In this document: piece by piece, positions 56,995 to 64,000 of the stretch | Position numbering within the stretch: position 1 is the first letter of the stretch | Layout: every line of letters begins with the position of its first letter | Assembly (NCBI GenBank): GCA_031430855.1 | Contig: JANPCG010000006.1 | Span: 2,531-66,530 of the forward strand | Direction: 5' to 3' | Source: Candidatus Kaiserbacteria bacterium | Lineage (GTDB): Bacteria > Patescibacteriota > Minisyncoccia > Phycocordibacterales > UBA918 | DNA: 64,000 nt | Program-made: the position numbers and the translations under genes | The notes under the pieces: generated by a model | Told to the model about the DNA's origin: nothing | Seen by the model: only the letters and a program-made list of their open reading frames with translations | The model's database searches: none

Positions 56995-58441
56995 TTTGCC
57001 CGTTGTCACGCGCTTTGCTCCCTCACCAACTGGATTCCTCCATATTGGTGGTGTCCGCACTGCACTTTTTGCCTACCTCTACGCCCGTAAACACAATGGG
57101 ACATTTATCTTGCGCATCGAAGACACTGACAAAGAACGCGAGGTAGAGGGGTCAATTGCCCATATCCAAGAATCTCTTTCCTGGCTTGGTATTACCTGGG
57201 ATTTTGGTCCTGAAAACCCGGGAACGTTTGGATCGTGTATCCAATCAGAACGTCTTCCACTATACCGCGAGTACGCAGAGAAACTTATCAAGAAAGGGTT
57301 AGCCTACCCTGATCCGTATACTGCTCTTGAGGTGGCCGCATTTAAAGAAGTTGCCGCTCTAGAAAAGCGACCGTTTCTCTTTCGTGACCACAGACCAGAA
57401 ACCTTTGGTACCTGGGACGGATCAACGGCACTCCGCCTTAAAGTGCCCGAAATTAAGCGCTACACCTGGGATGATGCAGTCCGGGGGGAACTTTCTGCCG
57501 GCCCAGAAATGCTTGATGATGTGATTCTGATTAAGTCAGACGGCTACCCAACGTACAATTTTGCCCACATTATTGATGACCTCACCATGGGTGTCACACA
57601 TATTATGCGAGCGGATGAGTTTATTTCAAGCATGCCGAAATTTCTGAGTATCTATGATGCACTTGAGATTCCATACCCGATATTTGTTACTCTTCCACCA
57701 ATTCTTCGAGACGACCGAACCAAAAAATTAGGTAAGCGAGACGGTGCTAAAGATATTCTTGATTACCGTACTGATGGTTATTTACCCGAGACGATGATGA
57801 ACTTTTTGGCATTAACCGGTTGGAATCCGGGGACAGAACAAGAATTATTTTCAAAAGACGATCTTATCACTGCGTTTGATATCACCAAGATTCAGCGAGC
57901 GGGAGCGGCATTTAACGAAGAAAAGTTATTATGGATGAACAAAGAACATCTCAACACATTTAATACTGAGGCATTTGCTTCATATATTGCAATGAGTGAA
58001 AGTTCTCATCTCAAGTCTCTTCCTAACTTCACCGTTGAACAATTAGCGAAAGCTGCACCTCTCATTCGAGAACGAATTCATACTCGAGCGGAATTTATTG
58101 AACTGGCCGAAACAGGGGAGTATGATTTTGCCTTTGCTGCCCCACAGTACGATACAGACCTTTTACAGTGGAAAAATGACACGTCACCAAAAGACTGCTT
58201 ACCACGACTCAAAGAGGCATTAATTCTACTGCAAAACGCTGATTTTAGTACTCCAGACTCTATTAAGGCTGCACTTATGCCGTATGCCGAAGCAGTGGGG
58301 AAGGGAGAGCTCTTATGGCCAGTACGAATTGCGCTCTCGGGCAAAAAACAGTCACCTGACCCCTTTACGATTGCGAATATTATTGGTTCGGGAGAAACTC
58401 TGAAGCGCCTCGAGACTGCCTGTGATAAACTAGAGGGGTGA
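56981..58441 (+). CDS. gltX: Glutamate--tRNA ligase
   Basis: RFAPSPTG.LHIGG.RTAL, LRIEDTD, PTYNFA...DD, KLGKRDG. Confidence 0.97.
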   Translation: MNTTNLPVVTRFAPSPTGFLHIGGVRTALFAYLYARKHNGTFILRIEDTDKEREVEGSIAHIQESLSWLGITWDFGPENPGTFGSCIQSERLPLYREYAEKLIKKGLAYPDPYTALEVAAFKEVAALEKRPFLFRDHRPETFGTWDGSTALRLKVPEIKRYTWDDAVRGELSAGPEMLDDVILIKSDGYPTYNFAHIIDDLTMGVTHIMRADEFISSMPKFLSIYDALEIPYPIFVTLPPILRDDRTKKLGKRDGAKDILDYRTDGYLPETMMNFLALTGWNPGTEQELFSKDDLITAFDITKIQRAGAAFNEEKLLWMNKEHLNTFNTEAFASYIAMSESSHLKSLPNFTVEQLAKAAPLIRERIHTRAEFIELAETGEYDFAFAAPQYDTDLLQWKNDTSPKDCLPRLKEALILLQNADFSTPDSIKAALMPYAEAVGKGELLWPVRIALSGKKQSPDPFTIANIIGSGETLKRLETACDKLEG

Positions 58442-59748
58442 TACACCACAAACGGATTGTTGCCTTCATAATTGGACTCGGAATGTTACCCGGAGTCTTT
58501 TTTAGTGCACAACCAGTTACCGCCCAAACAGAAATTGAAAAACTCCAAACTGAAATCAGAGATAGAAATGGTCGACTCGGAGAAATTGAAAAAGAAATTG
58601 CAAAGTTTGAGAGCGCTCTCAAAGAAGTCGGGGCTGAAAAGAAGACTTTGCAAAACGCTATCAATCGTCTCGAACTCGAGCGCGGAAAGGTACAGGCTGA
58701 CATTCGATATACTGAACAAAAAATCAGCTCCACTGATCTCGAATTAAATAAACTTATTCTAGAAATCACGAAGGCCGAGGATGAAATCAGTAAAAATAGG
58801 GCGGCCATGAGTGAAATTATACGTCGCGCCTACAAGACCGACAACGATTCAATGATTGAAGTCCTTTTGACTCACGAACACCTTTCAGAATTTTGGAATA
58901 CTCTCGAAACTCTCGACACTGTTAAAGCGAGCTTGAATGTGCGCGTTGATAACCTCAAAGACCTGCAAACAACTCTTGAAGAAAAGCGCGGCGAGACCGC
59001 AGAACGACGAGGTGAATTAGTTGACCTTAAGTCACAGTATAGTGACCAGAGTACGGTATTGGCTAATAACAAAGCAGAACGCTCAGAACTCTTAACGGCT
59101 ACTAAAAACGAGGAATCAAACTACCAAAAACTCCTTAAACAAAAGCAAGCTGCACGGGAACAGATCGTAAAAGAAATGCGTGACTTTGAGGCCAAACTGA
59201 CCTTTATCCTCAACCCAAATTCTATTCCAGCTGCCGGTACTGCCGTATTCCAATGGCCCCTTAAAAATATAGTTATTACCCAATTATTTGGGGGGACGGA
59301 GTTTGCGAAACGGAATGCGAGTGCATACGGGGGGCGAGCGTACCACCCGGGGGTCGACTTTGGCGTCCCAAGCGGGAGTCAAATCTTTGCACCGCTCGCA
59401 GGTACGGTGCGTGCGATTGGTAACACTGATGCGGTGCCTGGTTGTTATTCGTGGGGAAAATGGACCCTCATAGACCACGCCAACGGCCTCTCCACCCTCT
59501 ATGCGCACCAGAGTGTTCAGAGCGTTGTACCAGGCCAACGTGTCGCTACTGGGGAAGTGATTGGGTACTCAGGTAACACCGGTTTCTCTACTGGCCCACA
59601 CCTTCACTTTACAGTATACGCCAAAGAGGGCGTAAGCGTCCGTGCATTTAATGAAATTAAGGCCGTCACGAGCTGTGGGTCAGCTACCACTCCGGTTGCT
59701 GCCACCGAAGCCTACCTCGACCCTATGTTGTACCTTCCACCACGATAA
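58438..59748 (+). CDS. Coiled-coil plus M23 peptidase (EnvC/murein hydrolase-like)
   Basis: Signal/TM, long coiled coil, HPGVDF, YAH, GNTGFSTGPHLHF. Confidence 0.92.
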   Translation: MIHHKRIVAFIIGLGMLPGVFFSAQPVTAQTEIEKLQTEIRDRNGRLGEIEKEIAKFESALKEVGAEKKTLQNAINRLELERGKVQADIRYTEQKISSTDLELNKLILEITKAEDEISKNRAAMSEIIRRAYKTDNDSMIEVLLTHEHLSEFWNTLETLDTVKASLNVRVDNLKDLQTTLEEKRGETAERRGELVDLKSQYSDQSTVLANNKAERSELLTATKNEESNYQKLLKQKQAAREQIVKEMRDFEAKLTFILNPNSIPAAGTAVFQWPLKNIVITQLFGGTEFAKRNASAYGGRAYHPGVDFGVPSGSQIFAPLAGTVRAIGNTDAVPGCYSWGKWTLIDHANGLSTLYAHQSVQSVVPGQRVATGEVIGYSGNTGFSTGPHLHFTVYAKEGVSVRAFNEIKAVTSCGSATTPVAATEAYLDPMLYLPPR

Positions 59749-59755
59749 AAAATAT

Positions 59756-60349
59756 ATGAAAGAAGAAATCGAAGTTAAATTTCTTGCACTTAGTCACGAC
59801 ACTATCAGAAACAAACTGTCTGCTATCGGTGCAGTATGTCAATCGCCAATGCGATTAATGCGTCGGGCAATTATTGATTATCCTGACCGTCGATTACAGA
59901 ACGGTGAGCACAACGCGTATATCCGTGTCCGTGACGAAGGCGATAAAATTACCCTGACCTTTAAGCAGTTTCAATCACTCACGGTTGCAGGAGCGCGCGA
60001 ACTTGAAACAATTGTTCAATCATTTGATGACACAGTGGCAATCTTCGTTGCAGCTGGACTGGAAGTAACGTCATTACAAGAATCAAAGCGGGAGACCTGG
60101 ACACACAGTGATTGTGAAATTGTACTTGATGAATGGCCGTGGCTTTTACCCTACATTGAAATCGAAGGACCAACCGAAGCAGCCATTAAGCACGTGGCTC
60201 AAATACTAGATCTCGCCTGGGAAAACGCTGAATTTGGCGATGTGATGGTAGCATATCGAGCCCAGTACCCTCACCTAAAAGATACGGAAACTATTGGCAA
60301 CGTACCGACTGTTGTTTTTGATACTGAACCACCCGCTTTCCTACAATGA
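59756..60349 (+). CDS. CYTH-domain (class IV adenylate cyclase-like) protein
   Basis: EIEVKF, IRVRDEG...LTFK, E.ET, KRETW, IEIEG. Confidence 0.9.
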   Translation: MKEEIEVKFLALSHDTIRNKLSAIGAVCQSPMRLMRRAIIDYPDRRLQNGEHNAYIRVRDEGDKITLTFKQFQSLTVAGARELETIVQSFDDTVAIFVAAGLEVTSLQESKRETWTHSDCEIVLDEWPWLLPYIEIEGPTEAAIKHVAQILDLAWENAEFGDVMVAYRAQYPHLKDTETIGNVPTVVFDTEPPAFLQ

Positions 60350-60870
60350 GTCACCGCCACGTCCTACCATTTATCGGAATAATCTCCTTAGTGAGTTATT
60401 TTTGGTACTGCATTCTTACTCCTCAGGTATGGCACTTCGTTGATTTTGTGAACCTTATTTTTCATGAGGCTGGTCACACTATTACGATTTTCTTTCCGGA
60501 CATAATTACCGCATTAGGAGGAAGTATTCTGCAAATCTTGGTACCTATTGTTTGTGCAGGATATTTTTACCAAAGAGGGGAGTTACTGTCGGCGAATCTC
60601 ATTAGCTTATGGGTAGCCCAAAACCTCAGTAGTGTGTCACTTTATGTTCGCGATGCACCATTAATGAACCTTCCATTATTAGGCGGAGAATCAGTTATTC
60701 ATGATTGGAATTTTATTCTCAGTACCATAGGCATATTAGACAAAAGTGCATTACTCGCAAACGTTTTTCTAATTATCGGCTACACGATATTAGTAGTCAG
60801 TACCATATTGATAGTCCAGTATTTCTGGCACCCAATTGAGGGTGGGGATAGTGTCAAAACAGGGAAGTAG
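60346..60870 (+). CDS. Membrane protein with HExxH (M50-like)
   Basis: NLIFHEAGH, GG...Q, Y..DA...LPL.G...HDW. Confidence 0.75.
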   Translation: MSHRHVLPFIGIISLVSYFWYCILTPQVWHFVDFVNLIFHEAGHTITIFFPDIITALGGSILQILVPIVCAGYFYQRGELLSANLISLWVAQNLSSVSLYVRDAPLMNLPLLGGESVIHDWNFILSTIGILDKSALLANVFLIIGYTILVVSTILIVQYFWHPIEGGDSVKTGK

Positions 60871-60891
60871 GGTAGATGCTATAGTAAAAGT

Positions 60892-61021
60892 GCGATGGAA
60901 ACATCGTAGGAACTTACCCTCAAGGAAGCCCAAGCAAAATGCTTGGGCTTCTAGGGCGGAGAAAACTACGATGTTTAACCTACAATAAATGTAAACAAAA
61001 AACTCCGTACGGGAGTTTTTT
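60892..61021 (+). ncRNA. Candidate structured small RNA
   Basis: Extended -10 TGcTATAGT (60877..60885), long interrupted hairpin (60899..60976), intrinsic terminator (60997..61021); no plausible ORF. Confidence 0.45.
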
Positions 61022-61641
61022 GTTTTATAAAAAATTTTTTTATAAAATTCAAAAATATATTTACCGTAAGTGGGGGAGCCACCGATATTTTAATGACATA
61101 CTTCAAACAGGTACAAGTCCCCTATCTATATTTATATTTTTCAGCACGTACATTCACTCTGTGTACCCTGTCCACAACTACGATGACCACATTAGCGCTC
61201 TTACTTACACTAACAAAGTATTTTTCAAATCAGATAGTAATATCGACTTTAACAGATTTTTAAAGACGATAATACCTACCAGTCAAAACCACCTTCGACC
61301 CGATCCGTTACCTGACCAAAATTTATGATGTATAGAATGCATCATCTAAAACTCTGCAAGGGCCTTAGAATCGAATTTTGAGCCTCATGCGGATGGCCTC
61401 AGGAGAGAAAAAAGAGGTACTAAGGTACCAGGGTAAAATATTGAATATTGAAAATAAAGAAAATGTAATTACGTAAATTAATTAGAAACTAAAAAAGTTA
61501 AGAAAAGAATAAATACAAAATGATGTAAAGCTTTAAAAGAGAAATAAACTAATATATGACGGTATTGTTAAACCATTATTTAAAAGGCTCGGTGGGGCTG
61601 GGGATACCAAAGATGCAGAATACCGTTATTTTATATATAAT

Positions 61642-61669
61642 ACTGAGTATTAGAGTTATTATACTCAGT
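61642..61669. other. Candidate dif site (11-6-11, near-symmetric)
   Basis: ACTGAGTATTA-GAGTTA-TTATACTCAGT; arms are inverted with one mismatch; 46 nt upstream of xer. Confidence 0.65.
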
Positions 61670-61715
61670 TATTAGTTACATAAGAGGGTACTCCCCTTTG
61701 ATACAATATATCAAT

Positions 61716-62657
61716 ATGAACCACCTGCCTCTCATCGACGATTTCCTTTTGCACATTCAAGCCAATAACTACTCCCCCGAGACGTTGTACAACTACGAAC
61801 GTGACCTCGATACCTTTGCGCATTTTTTAACTGATGAACTCAGTGGACTCGATTTCAGTAAAATTACCAAAAAGACTATCGAGCAGTATAAGGCCTACCT
61901 CAACTCCCCCACTCGCAAGACCTCGGCCGGGAGCGAGTCTGAAGTGAAGTTAAAAAGTGGGTCCATTAATCGTCACCTGACGTCGCTCAGACGTTACCTT
62001 GGATTCCTGATGGATATGGATGAGACCGTACCTGTCCCCCCCACTGCTATCAAGCTCCTCCGCATGCAAAAGCCAACTGGTCAATTACTTGAGTTGAATG
62101 AATTGATTAAACTCATTGAAGCGCCGAGCACACTAGAAAAAGATGAATATGTCGCAGTCCGCAACCGCGCCCTCCTTGAAACTCTGTTTGCGAGCGGCAT
62201 GCGTATCTCGGAACTGATTAGTCTCAAAATTAGTCAACTTGATCATACGGGTAAAATATACATTTTAGGAAAAGGTCGTAAGCAACGTTTCATCTACCTC
62301 ACTCCCCGCGCTGAAGGCTACATCCGTGCGTATCTAAAAATGCGTGATGACGACTGTCCGTATATGTTTGTTGCACAGCGGGGCCTGAACGCGAAAGACC
62401 TCAAAAAACACATCTCTGCCAATTACCTCCAGATGAAAATTAAATGGTACCGTGAACTCTTGGGTATCAGTATTCCGACGAGTGCTCACTCACTACGCCA
62501 CGGTTTTGCGACCTATCTCGCTGAACAAGGCGCCAATCCGGCTGCTATCCAAGTCCTATTAGGTCACGAATCACTCGAGACCACGTCCCGTTACGTACAT
62601 GCGAGCGACCGCTACGCCGAAACCACCCACAATCAATTCCATCCACTAAAGGAGTAG
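61716..62657 (+). CDS. XerC/XerD-family tyrosine recombinase
   Basis: SAM-like N-domain (YSPETL.NY..DL..F), RN.ALLETLFASGMRISEL, GKG.KQR, HSLRHGFAT, LGHESL.TT.RY.H. Confidence 0.93.
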   Translation: MNHLPLIDDFLLHIQANNYSPETLYNYERDLDTFAHFLTDELSGLDFSKITKKTIEQYKAYLNSPTRKTSAGSESEVKLKSGSINRHLTSLRRYLGFLMDMDETVPVPPTAIKLLRMQKPTGQLLELNELIKLIEAPSTLEKDEYVAVRNRALLETLFASGMRISELISLKISQLDHTGKIYILGKGRKQRFIYLTPRAEGYIRAYLKMRDDDCPYMFVAQRGLNAKDLKKHISANYLQMKIKWYRELLGISIPTSAHSLRHGFATYLAEQGANPAAIQVLLGHESLETTSRYVHASDRYAETTHNQFHPLKE

Positions 62658-62659
62658 GC

Positions 62660-63259
62660 TTATTTTTTGACTTCCCACCGTAGCTTTAAATCTTCAATCC
62701 TTTGTAGCAAAACAGGATGATGAATAAAGTTTATAGAGAACCTAAGAAACTCATCAAACAAGGCAATTCCCTGTTGATGCTCGTATTCTAACGCTTTCTC
62801 TACTCCTTGATACTTGTCCAATTGTCGTCCAAACGAAGCTGCTGGATCATCTGAGTTTTCAAAACGTAACCAAAGAGCCATGACCTCTTTACCATTCGGT
62901 AAGTCGGCGCAAATTTGAGCTAGGGCCTTCTTTTCATTTTCAAATTTTACATCTTTCAAAGCCTTCCGGTCATCTGGTTGCAACTCTAAAATAACTTCAT
63001 CCCCATGAATTGCCTCTGGCCAATCGTGCACTTCGAGCATATCAATCAAACCATCACATTCTTCCGGTGTAAGGTAAGGCGTAAGTTCATACGCTAAAGC
63101 AAGCAGCGCTTCCGTGTGTTCTTTGACTGACTCTGGGTTCTCTACTCCTCGATTAACCCAACCGGTACGCTTCAGCTCCTGCAAAGACTGATAGACCTGC
63201 GGAGCAATCGATTCTAATTTGAGAAGTGTCTGAATATTCTCTTTTTCAGGTAAATGCAT
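62660..63259 (-). CDS. HD-domain hydrolase (HDDC2/YfbR-like)
   Basis: LKRTGW...ESVKEH, HDWPEAI.GD, LW..FE, QLDK. Confidence 0.88.
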   Translation of the reverse strand: MHLPEKENIQTLLKLESIAPQVYQSLQELKRTGWVNRGVENPESVKEHTEALLALAYELTPYLTPEECDGLIDMLEVHDWPEAIHGDEVILELQPDDRKALKDVKFENEKKALAQICADLPNGKEVMALWLRFENSDDPAASFGRQLDKYQGVEKALEYEHQQGIALFDEFLRFSINFIHHPVLLQRIEDLKLRWEVKK

Positions 63260-63313
63260 ATGTGTTTAAAGATAAAATTTTGTGTTTTTTTGAAATGTAA
63301 GACACTAATTCAT

Positions 63314-63904
63314 TTATATACCTTGTAGTAAATGGCTATAGGCCTGAAACTTACTTTCTACTCTTTGAATGAGCATTTCTTCAACCTCTTTCGGCTCACC
63401 ATCAACCGAACCGTGATAATCAACGTAAACTACTGAATCTACATGATCAATTAAATCTTTAGTAAGCGGTTTCATTTCAATTAAAAAGCTAACTATGGCT
63501 GTTTTGGCATCTTCAAATTCAAACCCTTCTCCTTCGAGAAGCTGGGCGGAGGAATTAACTTTTTCTTGATTTAGGTTTGTAAAAATAGTAATAAGATTGT
63601 CTTTTGTTACTGTTTCGTCAACCTGCTCTAATTTATAAACTTCATGTAAAGCGGCAATGTAATAAATAAGTCGTTTAGAATCCTCTGTAATGACAGCATT
63701 GGCAAAATCCAAATTTCGCACCCCTCCAAACTCCAAATCAAGCTGCTTTATTTGATTCTTCACTTCCCATACCTGATCTTCATTATCATCTCTAAAGTTT
63801 GGATACCACTTCTTCAGCTCTTCAATTTTTGCAGACCCTTTTTCTGCCCACCCCTTATCTGCGCGTACTGAATTAAAGGAGTAATAGGTTATATCGAAAC
63901 TCAT
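63314..63904 (-). CDS. Hypothetical protein
   Basis: 196-aa ORF; no motif recognised. Confidence 0.65.
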   Translation of the reverse strand: MSFDITYYSFNSVRADKGWAEKGSAKIEELKKWYPNFRDDNEDQVWEVKNQIKQLDLEFGGVRNLDFANAVITEDSKRLIYYIAALHEVYKLEQVDETVTKDNLITIFTNLNQEKVNSSAQLLEGEGFEFEDAKTAIVSFLIEMKPLTKDLIDHVDSVVYVDYHGSVDGEPKEVEEMLIQRVESKFQAYSHLLQGI

Positions 63905-64000
63905 ACGTTTTAAATTGATTTATTTATAACACTAAACTACACATTCGGATACTTCTGCTTTCTTGCCTCTGTATACAAAAACCACTGTTTGGCTACTTCC

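Noticed and set aside
60939-61328. 129-aa ORF in the track
   Set aside because: Starts inside a hairpin, crosses a terminator and has low-complexity AT-driven composition; probably spurious.
61020-61700. AT-rich tract as oriC
   Set aside because: Only one imperfect DnaA-box-like 9-mer (ctgtccaca, ~61168), no dnaA/dnaN nearby, and genes converge rather than diverge here.
61716-62657. Prophage or genomic-island integrase
   Set aside because: Length and motifs are XerC/D-like; no tRNA att site or phage genes adjacent.
1-64000. Genetic code 25 (TGA=Gly), tRNA/rRNA genes, and the many antisense ORFs in the track
   Set aside because: TGA terminates intact genes (e.g. scpB, ftsW, gltX); no tRNA or rRNA was recognised by eye; ORFs antisense to or nested in conserved genes have no motifs and are treated as shadows.

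Overview
Chromosomal segment of a reduced-genome bacterium, most likely Patescibacteria/CPR (Parcubacteria-like). This assignment is inferred from gene content: a GAD-less AspRS, a C-Ala-less AlaRS, a NUDIX-inserted LeuRS, an FtsA-like/baseplate-J-like gene pair, near-absence of amino-acid biosynthesis, and TGA used as stop (code 11). The core is almost entirely on the + strand: six aminoacyl-tRNA synthetases (tyrS, leuS, alaS, trpS, aspS, gltX), the infA-rpmJ-rpsMKD-rpoA-rplQ-rplM-rpsI cluster, grpE-dnaK-dnaJ, scpAB, a dacA-like gene with mraY-ftsW-murG, several peptidases and a Xer recombinase. Most notable observations: (1) an orphan, ACT-less aspartokinase behind an unannotated Thr-rich leader-peptide attenuator with full 1:2/2:3/3:4 pairing; (2) a second leader/terminator switch upstream of a GNAT; (3) a signalling island (partly AT-rich) combining an NNMT/PNMT-type methyltransferase, stand-alone membrane proteins, a small protein and two histidine kinases with no response regulator in the window; (4) a symmetric 11-6-11 dif-like site just upstream of xer, where gene orientation flips; (5) a RAYT-like transposase with flanking palindromes, plus two dispersed hairpin families; (6) a T-box upstream of aspS; (7) leaderless-type starts on core genes versus SD-led starts on accessory genes. 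All calls are from reading the sequence by eye; no searches were run.
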